DNA from: an uncultured Smithella sp.
GTDB taxonomy: Bacteria; Desulfobacterota; Syntrophia; Syntrophales; Smithellaceae
Assembly (NCBI GenBank): GCA_964539765.1
Contig: CAZIJZ010000001.1
Location: 219,004-283,003, forward strand
Reading direction: 5' to 3'
Length of the DNA: 64,000 bases
The number at the start of each line of letters is the position of its first letter. Within the stretch, counting starts at the first letter, position 1. Below the pieces are notes generated by a model. That model was not told where the DNA came from. It was given only the letters and a program-made list of their open reading frames with translations, and made no database searches. Position numbers and translations under genes: made by a program. Shown here one piece after another: positions 29,076-39,133 of this stretch.

Positions 29076-31178
29076 TCAGACTTCAATTCTGACCCGCGCA
29101 TCCAGCGCCACCGCTCCGGAGCCGTCGGCCAGAACCCGGACAGGATTGATATCCAGTTCGCGAATCTGCGGAAACCGATGCAGAAGATGCGTTACTCTTT
29201 CAATCATATTCACATAACCCGCAAGGTCACCGGCGCCCTTCCCTCTGGCTCCCCGGAGCATCTTGAAGGATTTTAATTTACGAACTTTGGCTTCAATTTC
29301 GTTTGGATCGGCCGGACAAAGGATATTGGCTGTGTCTTTAAAGACTTCTATGTAAATGCCGCCATAGCCGAAAAAGACGACCTGACCGAAGGATTCATCA
29401 TATTTTCCGCCGATGAACATATCGTAGCCCTCGCCCGCCTGTCTCATGATGCGAACACCCTGAAAATCGGCGTTGGCTTTATATTGAAAAAGATTCTTTT
29501 TAATTTTTTCAAATGCATCGCCAACTTCCGCGACAGTCTGAATTCCCGTAAACACGCCTCCGGCGTCGGATTTATGAATCGCGTCCGGTGAGACAATTTT
29601 CATGACGACGGGATAACCGATTTTAGCGGCGATTTCGATGGCCTCCTGGCTGTCTTTCGCCACGGCCGATTCCGCTATGGAAATGCCGAAATGGTGGAGA
29701 AGTTCGAGAGATTCCTCCCCTCTCACGCCGACATGATCCTCAATCCATTTTTGAGCGGCCTGGACATCAACTTTTTCAGGCAGCTTATAAACAGGGGTTC
29801 CCTGCGCCTTTCGGGCATAATAAGCGTACTGTTTTTTAAAGGCGCGAATCATCTCGCTGGCGTTATTAAAAATCGGGATATCCAGATTCTGTTTGATGCG
29901 GGAAATCGTCGCGGAAAGACCGAACAGACAAACGCCCAGCGGTTTTCCCGACGAGAGAATGGTTCCGGCAACTTCCTTGGATAAATCCGTGTGGAACATC
30001 TTGTAAAAAATATCTTCGCCGCGCGGCATTTCCGGCCACTGCGTCACATAGACGGCGCCATCCACATTTTCGTTGTGCATCACCGAGAAGAAAATTTGCG
30101 GATACGCATTCATATCATAAATATCGCCCATATCCAGCGGATTGGAAAAATTGATAACGCCGGCGTTGGAAGAATTTTTCAGTTCGTCATAAAAAGCGGC
30201 GCCGGGATCGGCAAATTCAAAACCTGATTCTTCGCACAGATCCGCCATCATCACGGTGAATCCGCCTGCCGGAGACATGACCATGATTCGCTTTCCGCGC
30301 ATCGGCGGGAGTTCAAAAGCCTTGGCCATGGAAATGAATTCATTAAAATCATAGATGCGCGTGATTCCGGCTCTTTCAAATGCGGCATCAATAATATCTT
30401 CATTATTGGCGAGTGCGGCGGTATGGCTCATTGCGGCTTTCCGGCCCGCCGTGGTGGTGTTGGATTTCAGGATGATCACCGGTTTGTCTATTTTTGATGC
30501 GGCTTCGATAAGACGATCGCCCCGCGGAATGCTTTCCAGATACATGCCGATCACTTTTGTTTCGGGATCGCGGCCGAAATACTCCAGAAAATCCACCTCG
30601 TCCAAATCCAGTTTGTTGCCAATGCTGGCAAATTTAGCCATCCCGACGTTATCATCGGTCATCAGATTCCAGAGCATCAATCCGACGCCGCCGCTCTGCG
30701 AAATGATGGATAAACCGCCTTTGGGCGGGCTGTAGGACGGAACAAACGGCAGGCAAAGACCGTTGGCCGTGTTGGCGACTGTAACCCCGTTGGGACCCAC
30801 AAACCGGATGCCATACTGCTTCGCTTTTTGTAAAACAAGTTCGGATAAAGTTTTACCTTCGCCGCCCAGTTCATTGAATCCTCCGGAAGGGATGGCCAGT
30901 CTTTTGACGCCGGCCTGACCGCAGGAATCAATAATATCAGGAATCAGTTTTGCGGGCACCAGAATATAAACCAGATCCGGAACGACGGGTAAATCACCCA
31001 CGTCTTTATACATTTTTATTCCGTCCACGTGAGAATCCGTGGCGCGGGGATTGATACCGAAGATGCGTCCTTTGTATCCCCAGCGAATCAGATTTTCCAG
31101 AACAATCCTGGGAATATTGCTGGGTTTTGACGACAGCCCGATAATGGCGATGGACGCTGGGTAAAAAAGTTTTTCCAC
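29076..31178 (-). CDS. ADP-forming acyl-CoA synthetase family protein (fused alpha/beta, Acd / Pat N-domain type)
   Basis: About 700 aa. CoA-binding N-terminus (PASIAIIGLSSKP), succinyl-CoA-ligase-like middle (SQSGG), C-terminal ATP-grasp. GTG 31178 preferred, with GGAGG 5 nt upstream. Confidence 0.87.
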   Translation of the reverse strand: MEKLFYPASIAIIGLSSKPSNIPRIVLENLIRWGYKGRIFGINPRATDSHVDGIKMYKDVGDLPVVPDLVYILVPAKLIPDIIDSCGQAGVKRLAIPSGGFNELGGEGKTLSELVLQKAKQYGIRFVGPNGVTVANTANGLCLPFVPSYSPPKGGLSIISQSGGVGLMLWNLMTDDNVGMAKFASIGNKLDLDEVDFLEYFGRDPETKVIGMYLESIPRGDRLIEAASKIDKPVIILKSNTTTAGRKAAMSHTAALANNEDIIDAAFERAGITRIYDFNEFISMAKAFELPPMRGKRIMVMSPAGGFTVMMADLCEESGFEFADPGAAFYDELKNSSNAGVINFSNPLDMGDIYDMNAYPQIFFSVMHNENVDGAVYVTQWPEMPRGEDIFYKMFHTDLSKEVAGTILSSGKPLGVCLFGLSATISRIKQNLDIPIFNNASEMIRAFKKQYAYYARKAQGTPVYKLPEKVDVQAAQKWIEDHVGVRGEESLELLHHFGISIAESAVAKDSQEAIEIAAKIGYPVVMKIVSPDAIHKSDAGGVFTGIQTVAEVGDAFEKIKKNLFQYKANADFQGVRIMRQAGEGYDMFIGGKYDESFGQVVFFGYGGIYIEVFKDTANILCPADPNEIEAKVRKLKSFKMLRGARGKGAGDLAGYVNMIERVTHLLHRFPQIRELDINPVRVLADGSGAVALDARVRIEV

Positions 31179-31408
31179 AATGACCTCCGGATAAACCTTC
31201 ACAATAAAAAATTATATTTAATCTCTGATAAGTATAGGTAAAGCATGATGTCATGTCAATACAATCTTGGCTATGCATCGTCCGTAAATTTGTTTTTTGT
31301 CGGACAAATTCCGTCATATCACCCGGACAGGTTCCGACAGGCAGATCAGCGCTCAGCCTATATGATCTCAGGATGATGCGTGTTAAAATATCTTGAAGGT
31401 GCAATGAA

Positions 31409-31948
31409 ATGGTTACAGCATTCCATGAAGATTACTCCATCCATTATAAAAAATATTTGACGCTCAAAAACGGCCGGGAAGTCTTTGTCAGGCCGATTGA
31501 TCAGGCGGATGATAAACGTCTTTTGGACTTATTTCAAAAGCTGGGTCCGGATTCCATCTACATGCGTTTTTTAAGTCCGTTGAGAACAATACCCGACGAT
31601 TTGCTCTTCAGACTCACGCATGTCAACTACGAAAGTGATTTCGCACTCGTGGCTTTAATCAAAGAAAATGGAAGAGATTCCATCATTGCCGTTGCCCGTT
31701 ATGGTTATGATCCTTCCGAAAAGGTTACGGACTTTGCTGTTTTGGTGCGTGACGACTGGCAGAATCTGGGTTTGGGGAAATTCCTGCTTGCTAAAATATT
31801 GACTATCGGCAGGCAACAGGGCATTGGCCGATTTGTATCCATCATCGACTCCACCAATCAGATGATGAAGCACATTATTAAAAATCTCGGGTATTCCGTG
31901 AAATATTCTTACAAAACCGGCCGCACGAAAGTTCACATCTTTGTATAA
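31409..31948 (+). CDS. GNAT N-acetyltransferase, Pat C-terminal-domain type
   Basis: 179 aa. VRPIDQADDKRLLDLFQKLGPDSIYMRFLS...AVARYGYDP...AVLVRDDWQNLGLGKFLL resembles the GNAT domain of Pat/PatZ protein acetyltransferases. Confidence 0.85.
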   Translation: MVTAFHEDYSIHYKKYLTLKNGREVFVRPIDQADDKRLLDLFQKLGPDSIYMRFLSPLRTIPDDLLFRLTHVNYESDFALVALIKENGRDSIIAVARYGYDPSEKVTDFAVLVRDDWQNLGLGKFLLAKILTIGRQQGIGRFVSIIDSTNQMMKHIIKNLGYSVKYSYKTGRTKVHIFV

Positions 31949-31983
31949 AATTATTTTTGCGCACGCTTTCCAATCTTTTCTTC

Positions 31984-32012
31984 TTGCCTGTTTTTATCAA
32001 AAAGGCTAGTAT
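31984..32012 (+). promoter_or_regulatory. sigma70-like promoter candidate for the carboxyltransferase gene
   Basis: TTGCCT (31984-31989), 17-nt spacer, TAGTAT (32007-32012). Confidence 0.35.
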
Positions 32013-32107
32013 GACCCCCAATCAAAATATATCATTTTAAAATTAAGCCCTTGGATAGGAACCGCTTCAAATTCGTTTTGTTTTAATTCAAAAGAATGGA
32101 GAGATTT

Positions 32108-33682
32108 ATGAGTAACGAAACGCAGAATAATTCCACACAGGACAAAATTAATGATTTCAACAAAAAAAATCAGTCTTTGAAATTCATGGGTGGTGAAAAA
32201 CAAATTTCCAAACAGCACGAACTGAAAAAACTAACCGCCCGGGAAAGACTGGATTTGCTTTTCGACAAGGACACGTTTCAGGAAGTGCAGCTTTTTGTTG
32301 AACATCGTTCCGCCTTGTTTGGTCTTGATAAAAAAGCAATACCGGCGGACGGTGTTGTCACCGGTTTCGGCAAGATAGACGGTCGCGTGGTTTTCGTTGC
32401 GGCTCAGGATTTTACTTCTTCCGGCGGCAGTCTGGGTGAAATGCACGCCAGAAAAATCTGGAAAGTGATGGATATGGCCATTGACGCGCGAAAACCGTTT
32501 ATAGCGCTTAACGATTCCGGCGGAGCGCGCATTCAGGAAGGCGTTCCTTCTCTGGAAGGTTACGGCGGAATCTTTTACCGCAACACCCTCGGTTCCGGAT
32601 ACATTCCTCAGATAACCGCCGTCATGGGCCCGACGGCCGGCGGCGCGGTTTATTCCCCGGCCCTGGCTGACTGGGTTTTCATGGTCAAGGGCAGCAGTTA
32701 CATGTATATCACCGGACCCGATGTCGTCAAAGCCGTTATCGGCGAAGAAGTTTCTCATGAAGAACTTGGCGGTGCTCTGGCTCACGCTTCCAAAAGCGGC
32801 GTCTGCCACATGGTCACGGAAGATGACGCCGACTGCATTGAGAAAATTAAAAAACTGCTTTCTTATCTGCCGGACAGTTGCCATGCTCCGGTTCCGGTCC
32901 TTTCGGATGCCTCGGACAGCCCGCAAAGGATTTGCCCCGAACTCGACACGATCATTCCCGATAAAAGCAACCGGGCTTACGATATGAAAAAAATCATCAA
33001 ATCCGTTGCGGACAACGGCGAGATGTTCGAATTACAGGAACTCTGGGCGCAAAACATTATTATCGCTTTTATTCGCGTTACGGGCAAGACGGTCGGCGTC
33101 ATCGCCAATAATCCGCGTTTTGCCGCCGGCGTCCTGAATGTGGACGCCTCCGATAAAGCCTCGCGCTTTATACGCTTCTGCGACGCTTTCAACATTCCCC
33201 TGCTGACCTTTACGGATGTTCCCGGTTACATGCCGGGCACCCATCAGGAATGGGCGGGCATCATTCGTCACGGAGCGAAGTTGCTCCATGCTTATTCGGA
33301 AGCGACAGTGCCTAAAATCACCGTCATTATCCGTAAGGCCTATGGCGGCGCCTATATCGGCATGTGCAGTAAACAACTGGGAGCAGATTACGTCATGGCA
33401 TGGCCAACGGCCGAAATTGCCGTCATGGGCGCGGAAGGCGCCTGCAACATCATATACCGCAATGAAATAACAAAGGCCGGTGATCCGGCGGCGAAAAGAA
33501 TCGAGCTGGCGGCGGCCTATGAAGAAAAATTCAACAATCCTTATTTTGCGGCGTCTCTGGGTATCATTGAAGAAATTATTGCGCCGCGTGACACCCGAAA
33601 AAGAATTGTCGCTCTGCTGGAAGCCCTGAACGATAAAAAAGAAACGAGAATAGCAAAAAAGCATAATAATATACCGCTTTAG
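32108..33682 (+). CDS. acyl-CoA carboxylase carboxyltransferase subunit (propionyl-CoA carboxylase beta / methylmalonyl-CoA carboxyltransferase 12S type)
   Basis: About 524 aa. Crotonase-like tandem CT domains (VVTGFGKIDGR, AQDFT..GGS.G, PQITAVMGP.AGGAVYSPAL, AWPTAEIAVMG). ATG 32108 preferred, with GGAGAG 4-5 nt upstream. Confidence 0.92.
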   Translation: MSNETQNNSTQDKINDFNKKNQSLKFMGGEKQISKQHELKKLTARERLDLLFDKDTFQEVQLFVEHRSALFGLDKKAIPADGVVTGFGKIDGRVVFVAAQDFTSSGGSLGEMHARKIWKVMDMAIDARKPFIALNDSGGARIQEGVPSLEGYGGIFYRNTLGSGYIPQITAVMGPTAGGAVYSPALADWVFMVKGSSYMYITGPDVVKAVIGEEVSHEELGGALAHASKSGVCHMVTEDDADCIEKIKKLLSYLPDSCHAPVPVLSDASDSPQRICPELDTIIPDKSNRAYDMKKIIKSVADNGEMFELQELWAQNIIIAFIRVTGKTVGVIANNPRFAAGVLNVDASDKASRFIRFCDAFNIPLLTFTDVPGYMPGTHQEWAGIIRHGAKLLHAYSEATVPKITVIIRKAYGGAYIGMCSKQLGADYVMAWPTAEIAVMGAEGACNIIYRNEITKAGDPAAKRIELAAAYEEKFNNPYFAASLGIIEEIIAPRDTRKRIVALLEALNDKKETRIAKKHNNIPL

Positions 33683-33728
33683 TGTTGGAGAATTTTCCCG
33701 GTCACTTTCATTTTCAGGAGGCGCTGCG

Positions 33729-34835
33729 ATGAAAAGAATCCTGAGTGTCTTGATCTGCATTTTCATTTTGCTCGTTGCTTATTTAACCTTGTGGCCGGTG
33801 CCGGTTGATCCTGTGCAATGGATTCCTCCGCAGACCGATGGATACACCGGGCCGCACGCCGTTAACACAAAACTCTCCAACCTGCAAATCCTCGCTCTGG
33901 GAAACGAAGAAGGGCCTGAACAGATCGTCATCGGCCGGGACGGCAGACTTTACACGACCGTCGCGAGCGGAAAAATCATACGTATGAGCCAGGATGGTTC
34001 GCAGCAGGAAATTTCCGCCGAAACGGGCGGACACGTTCTTGGGTTTGATTTTGACGCCAATGGAAATATCGTTGCCGCCGACGTCGATAAAGGACTACTC
34101 TTAATCAGTCCCGATAAGAAAACAACGATCTTAACGCATCAGATCAACGGAGAGCCGATTCGCTTTGCCGACGCGGTAACCGTAGCGCCGTCGGGGAAGA
34201 TTTATTTCAGTGATGCTTCTGCGCGTTTCGCGCCGAAAGACTGGGGTGGAATATTTCAGGCCAGCACCATCGACATTCTGGAACAGCGTTCAACAGGCCG
34301 TATTCTGGAATATGATCCGGTAAAAAAAGCGACCCGTATCGTGGCCAAAGGCCTGAGTTTTGCCAACGGTGTCGTTTTAAGTGAGGACGCTCAATGGCTT
34401 TTCGTCAACGAAACCGGTAAACACCGCGTCTGGAAAATATCTGTAAATGCCCGGAATCTGGATATTGGCCATCCCGGCGATTCCGCGCAGATCTTGTTGG
34501 AAAATTTACCCGGATATCCTGATAATCTGACACGCGGACTCGATGGGAAAATATGGCTGGGATTTGCCAAGCCCCGCAATCCGGCGATCGATCAATTAAC
34601 AATCACATCCACGCCTTTCCTGCGAAAACTAACATACCGATTGCCGAAATCTTTATGGCCTTTACCCAAACCGTATGGCCATGTTATGGCTTTCACCGAA
34701 GACGGCAAAATTGTCGCCGACCTGCAGGACCCGAGCGGTGCCTACCCTGAAACGACCGGAGTAACCGAAACGTCAGAAAGGATTTACATCCAGAGCCTGC
34801 ATGCCAAGGGAATTGGATGGCTTCCCAATAAATAG
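33729..34835 (+). CDS. membrane-anchored strictosidine synthase-like / SMP-30-gluconolactonase-LRE family beta-propeller protein
   Basis: 368 aa. N-terminal TM anchor, then GPEQIVIGRDGRLYT, NGVVLSEDAQWLFVNET, PGYPDNL and DGKIWLG motifs of the SSL/APMAP-like family. GGAGG 7 nt upstream. Confidence 0.8.
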   Translation: MKRILSVLICIFILLVAYLTLWPVPVDPVQWIPPQTDGYTGPHAVNTKLSNLQILALGNEEGPEQIVIGRDGRLYTTVASGKIIRMSQDGSQQEISAETGGHVLGFDFDANGNIVAADVDKGLLLISPDKKTTILTHQINGEPIRFADAVTVAPSGKIYFSDASARFAPKDWGGIFQASTIDILEQRSTGRILEYDPVKKATRIVAKGLSFANGVVLSEDAQWLFVNETGKHRVWKISVNARNLDIGHPGDSAQILLENLPGYPDNLTRGLDGKIWLGFAKPRNPAIDQLTITSTPFLRKLTYRLPKSLWPLPKPYGHVMAFTEDGKIVADLQDPSGAYPETTGVTETSERIYIQSLHAKGIGWLPNK

Positions 34836-34867
34836 CAAAAGTTTGTGATTATTTTGGGGAGGAGGAT

Positions 34868-35233
34868 GTGTACAAGATACTTGCCGATGCGGTTGTCATG
34901 ATCCATTTTCTGTTTATCATCTTTGTTGTCGGCGGCGGATTACTGGTTATCCTCTGGCCGCGTATCGCTTTCCTGCATCTTCCTGCGGCAATCTGGGGAG
35001 CGGCCGTGGAAATTTTCGGCTGGATTTGTCCGCTGACACCTCTGGAAAACCGGTTCCGCAGTCTTGCCGGAGAGAATTCATACGGCGGCGATTTTATTTT
35101 ACAATACCTGATGCCGGTAATCTATCCCGAACATCTGACAACGTCCGTCCAGAAGATTCTGGGTGCATTGGTCATCGCAGTCAATATTATTTTTTATTGG
35201 ATGGCGATCCGAAAACACAGAAAAAGTGCTTAG
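34868..35233 (+). CDS. DUF2784-type small membrane protein
   Basis: 121 aa, 3-4 TM helices, CPLTPLEN motif as I recall for DUF2784. GTG start with GGAGG 5 nt upstream. 4-nt convergent overlap with gltX. Confidence 0.65.
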   Translation: MYKILADAVVMIHFLFIIFVVGGGLLVILWPRIAFLHLPAAIWGAAVEIFGWICPLTPLENRFRSLAGENSYGGDFILQYLMPVIYPEHLTTSVQKILGALVIAVNIIFYWMAIRKHRKSA

Positions 35234-36669
35234 GTCTGAAAAGCGCTCAATCTTTTGAGCGCTGTATCTTTCCCGAGAATAACAAAAATCCTGTCCAGTT
35301 CCGGGCCATGCATTTCACCGGTCAAGGCCGCGCGCAGCGGCATAAACAGATCCCTGCCTTTGGCGCCGGTTTTTTCCTTCGTATATCGGATTGCCGCCGC
35401 ATAAAGAGCCTGCGGTTCGATGTCCTGCTGTTTCAGATATTCGGCAAACGTCTTCACGACCCTGCCTGATTTTTCATCTTCGAGCAATGCCTTTGCCTCA
35501 GCCGAAAGTTCGTACCGGTCGTCAAAAAATATTTTAATATGACGATCAAGATCGGCCAAGGTGGTGAAATCGGTCTGGACAAGTTCAATGATTTTTTCGA
35601 ACCGTTCCGAATCGACCACGCCTTCCCGGAATCCTGATTTTTCCAGAAATGGTTTCATTCTATCGATTAAATCGGCGGCACGGCTGTTTCTAATATAAAG
35701 AGCATTGAGCCAGCGCAGTTTTTCTTCATCAAACACGGCGCCGCTTCGGGAGGCTCTCTCCAGGGCAAATCCTTCAATCATTTCGTTGCGGGATAAGATT
35801 TCCCTCCCGTCCGTGAATGAACTTCCCAGCAGGCCCAGGTAGTTAATCAGGGCTTCCGGCAAAATTCCCTGTTTGCGGAATTCACCGATGGAAACAGAAC
35901 CGTGTCGTTTACTGAGTTTGGCGCGGTCCTTGCCCAGAATTAAAGAATGATGGGCAAAAGCCGGAGGCGCAAAACCGAACGCCCGGTAAAGCATGATTTG
36001 CAAAGCGGTGTTGGAAAGATGATCTTCCCCCCGAATGACGTGCGTGATTTGCATCAGATGGTCGTCGATGACCACAGCAAAATTATAAGCTGGCATCCCG
36101 TTGGAACGGACAATGATAAAATCGCCGATAGCGTCCGACTCGAATCGCATCGCCCCGCGGATTAAATCTTCAAATTCAATTGTTTGAGAATCAATCTTAA
36201 ATCGATACGAAGGCTTTTTGCCCTCTCTTTCCCTTTTTTCCCTCTCCTCAGCCGTGAGATTTCTGCATTTGCCCATGTAACGCGGCATACGCTTGCTCAG
36301 AATCAGATTTTGACGTTCTTCCTCCAGTTCTTCCTCGGTACAGTAACAGGGATACACCCCGTCTGATGCTATCAGCTTCTGCAGATATTCTTTGTAGATG
36401 GCAAGCCGTTCACTCTGTTTATAGGGACCGTAATCCCCGCCCTTGTTCGGTCCCTCATCCCAATCCAGTCCAAGCCAGTTCAAGTCATCAAATAAACTCA
36501 GCTGATAGGCGATATCACTGCGGGATTCATCCGTGTCTTCAACGCGCAAAACCAAAGAACCGCCGTGATGGCGGGCAAACATCCAGTTAAACAAAGCCGT
36601 GCGCGCATTACCGACGTGGAGCTCTCCGGTGGGAGATGGCGCAAATCTAACTCTGGGTTTTAACAACAT
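35230..36669 (-). CDS. gltX: glutamate--tRNA ligase
   Basis: 479 aa. HIGH (PTGELHVGNA) and KMSKS (KLSKRHG) motifs, GluRS layout. Confidence 0.96.
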   Translation of the reverse strand: MLLKPRVRFAPSPTGELHVGNARTALFNWMFARHHGGSLVLRVEDTDESRSDIAYQLSLFDDLNWLGLDWDEGPNKGGDYGPYKQSERLAIYKEYLQKLIASDGVYPCYCTEEELEEERQNLILSKRMPRYMGKCRNLTAEEREKREREGKKPSYRFKIDSQTIEFEDLIRGAMRFESDAIGDFIIVRSNGMPAYNFAVVIDDHLMQITHVIRGEDHLSNTALQIMLYRAFGFAPPAFAHHSLILGKDRAKLSKRHGSVSIGEFRKQGILPEALINYLGLLGSSFTDGREILSRNEMIEGFALERASRSGAVFDEEKLRWLNALYIRNSRAADLIDRMKPFLEKSGFREGVVDSERFEKIIELVQTDFTTLADLDRHIKIFFDDRYELSAEAKALLEDEKSGRVVKTFAEYLKQQDIEPQALYAAAIRYTKEKTGAKGRDLFMPLRAALTGEMHGPELDRIFVILGKDTALKRLSAFQT

Positions 36670-36671
36670 CT

Positions 36672-37844
36672 TTATTTCCCTTCCGAAAGAGCTGCCACAG
36701 CGAAAACCGCGACGCCTTCGCTTCTACCGGCAAACCCCATGCCTTCATTTGTTTTGGCTTTAATATTCACATGATCTTTAGCAATCTTTAAAACGCCGGC
36801 AATATTGGCAACCATCTTGTCGGCATGAGGCGCGAGCTTCGGCGCCTCCATAACGACCGTTGCGTCAATATTAACAATGGAAAATCCTTTTGTCGCAATT
36901 AACTTTTTAACTCTTTCCAGAAGGATCAGGCTGGAGATATCTTTATATTCAGGATTTGTGTCCGGAAAATGTCTTCCGATGTCTCCCGCGCCGGCAGCCC
37001 CCAGGAGCGCGTCACAGATGGCATGAACCAGAACGTCAGCATCCGAATGCCCAAGCAATCCTTTATGAAATGGAATTTCCACTCCCCCCAGAATCAGTTT
37101 TCTATCGGGGACCAGCCGGTGACTGTCGTAACCGAAACCGGTTCGATATCCGGATTTATTTCTTTTTTTCATCAATGCATCCGCTATGGACATGTCTTCG
37201 TTGGTTGTAATTTTTATATTTTCATAAGAACTTTCCACCATGGTCACTTCCTGTCCCATTCTTTCCACCAGCGAAGCATCGTCCGTACCGTAAAATTTTT
37301 CTTCACCGGCCCTTCGGTATGCTTCCTTTAAAATGCCGAACTGAAACGCCTGAGGCGTTTGCGTCAGCCAGAGATTATCACGAGGCACTGTCGCTGAAAT
37401 AATGTTTCCCGGCTTCACTTCTTTCACCGTGTCTTTCACTTTCACACCGGCGACGGCTGCTCCGGTATCCGCGGCGACTCCGATAACCCGGCCGATTAAT
37501 TCTCCCGTAACAAACGGACGCACCGCATCATGTACAACGACCAGATCGCATTTGTCCGCAATGGCCGTCAGGCAGTTTTTTACAGAATCCTGTCGTTCGT
37601 TTCCCCCCGCAACCACTTGAGTTACTTTGGAAAGAGCGTATTTCTCAATCAAATCCTGCCGGATACCAACCAGATCATCCGGCGGCAAGGCCATAATAAT
37701 TTCATCGATGGCGTCCGATTCCTGAAAAGCCTTTACCGTATGAACCAGCACCGGCATAGAATCGAGCAATAAGTACTGTTTGGCAATATGAGACTTCAGT
37801 CTTTTACCTGCGCCGCCCGCAGGAATGATGGCCACCGTTTTCAT
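36672..37844 (-). CDS. ispDF: bifunctional 2-C-methyl-D-erythritol 4-phosphate cytidylyltransferase / 2,4-cyclodiphosphate synthase
   Basis: 390 aa. IspD N-terminus [11 protein letters not shown]. IspF C-terminal half GYDSHRL and [11 protein letters not shown]. Confidence 0.95.
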   Translation of the reverse strand: MKTVAIIPAGGAGKRLKSHIAKQYLLLDSMPVLVHTVKAFQESDAIDEIIMALPPDDLVGIRQDLIEKYALSKVTQVVAGGNERQDSVKNCLTAIADKCDLVVVHDAVRPFVTGELIGRVIGVAADTGAAVAGVKVKDTVKEVKPGNIISATVPRDNLWLTQTPQAFQFGILKEAYRRAGEEKFYGTDDASLVERMGQEVTMVESSYENIKITTNEDMSIADALMKKRNKSGYRTGFGYDSHRLVPDRKLILGGVEIPFHKGLLGHSDADVLVHAICDALLGAAGAGDIGRHFPDTNPEYKDISSLILLERVKKLIATKGFSIVNIDATVVMEAPKLAPHADKMVANIAGVLKIAKDHVNIKAKTNEGMGFAGRSEGVAVFAVAALSEGK

Positions 37845-37905
37845 GAATGACTTCCTGAAAATTTTAGGGAACTGATAACATTTTTATAGTCAAAAGGGAA
37901 TAGCC

Positions 37906-37938
37906 ATAAAAAAACCCGGGAATTTTCATCCCGGGTTT
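37906..37938 (-). terminator. rho-independent terminator after the PIN/TRAM gene
   Basis: The minus strand reads AAACCCGGG-ATGAAAATT-CCCGGGTTT followed by TTTTAT, 24 nt after the stop at 37962. Confidence 0.8.
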
Positions 37939-37961
37939 CCAGTTCATCACGATAACTTCTT

Positions 37962-38954
37962 TCAGGCAACTTCTTTCAATTCCGAAAAAATCATTCTGCC
38001 GGCCTGGGTTTGAAGAACACTGGTCACGATGACTTTAACGTTCATGTTGACCATCTTCTGGGCATTATCCACGATAATCATGGTTCCGTCGTCAAGATAC
38101 GCAACGCCCTGCCCCGCTTCCTTGCCTTCACGAACTATCTTGACAGTCATCTGCTCGCCGGGAAGCACAACCGGCTTCATGGCATTGGCCAGTTCGTTGA
38201 TATTCAGCACTCTGATGCCCTGTAATTCCGCCACTTTGTTCAGATTGTAATCATTGGTCAAAAGTTTGGCATTCAGTTGTTTGGCCAAAGCGACCAGCTT
38301 TCCGTCAACGCCCTTGATTTTGGGGAAATCCTGTTCGACAATTTCAATATTCACATTCGGGGTTTTCTGTAAATGATTGAGAACGTCCAGACCGCGTCTT
38401 CCCCTCAGTCTTTTCATCGAATCCGAAGAATCGGCAACAAGTTGCAACTCGTTCAAGACAAAGCGCGGAACCATCAGATTTCCCTCAATGAATCCACTGT
38501 CGCAAATATCAGCGATTCTTCCCTCGATAATGACGCTGGTGTCCAGAATGCGATGATCTCGGGTATCCCGGGAATCCATTCCGGAAAAATGAAATTCATC
38601 GATTTTCTTTGATCCCAGGGTCAGGCCAAGATAACTGAATATGCCGGTAATGAGCAAATAGATCCAGGGAACAGCCTGCTGGTTCTCCCTGATTTTGCTG
38701 ACAAAATTTAAACCAAAACTAAATATTAATGCAATCAGGAGACCGACGATCATTCCCGCAACGCCGCCGATAATGACTTTTAAGGATAATTTACGAATGT
38801 TCTGTTCGATTTTTATGACAGTTAATGCGATTAATGATCCGATAATAAAGCCGGCGACTGATTTGAGAATCAGGAAATAATCGGAAGAAGTATAATAGGC
38901 AATGGCATAACCACTGATAGAACAAGCAACGATTAAAATAATTCTGATAATCAA
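37962..38954 (-). CDS. PIN/TRAM domain membrane protein (YacL-like)
   Basis: About 330 aa. N-terminal TM helices, PIN domain ([12 protein letters not shown]), C-terminal TRAM-like barrel. TTG 38954 preferred (AAGGAGG 8 nt upstream). The track GTG at 38963 overlaps the SD. Confidence 0.83.
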   Translation of the reverse strand: MIIRIILIVACSISGYAIAYYTSSDYFLILKSVAGFIIGSLIALTVIKIEQNIRKLSLKVIIGGVAGMIVGLLIALIFSFGLNFVSKIRENQQAVPWIYLLITGIFSYLGLTLGSKKIDEFHFSGMDSRDTRDHRILDTSVIIEGRIADICDSGFIEGNLMVPRFVLNELQLVADSSDSMKRLRGRRGLDVLNHLQKTPNVNIEIVEQDFPKIKGVDGKLVALAKQLNAKLLTNDYNLNKVAELQGIRVLNINELANAMKPVVLPGEQMTVKIVREGKEAGQGVAYLDDGTMIIVDNAQKMVNMNVKVIVTSVLQTQAGRMIFSELKEVA

Positions 38955-39133
38955 CCGTTTCACCTCCTTTCTGTGATATGATAAATATATATGTATAATT
39001 TTTTATGAATTAAATTACTGCCGATATAAAATGAAAATAATTATGGAGGAAAAATAACGGTTTCCTTTAAAAAGGAAAAATAATTTTTCTTTTTTCAATT
39101 TTCAAAGAGCCTGGTTTTATAAATTGATTATTG

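Noticed and set aside
32231-33766. Two minus-strand ORFs (231 aa and 244 aa) opposite the carboxyltransferase gene
   Set aside because: Shadow ORFs. The plus-strand product aligns by motif along its length to PccB/12S proteins.
38964-39133. Tiny plus-strand ORF (MEEK*) and hairpin tttcctt/aaggaaa between carD and the PIN/TRAM gene
   Set aside because: A four-codon ORF is not credible. The hairpin lacks a U-tail on the minus strand and is AT-rich, so it was not reported as a terminator.
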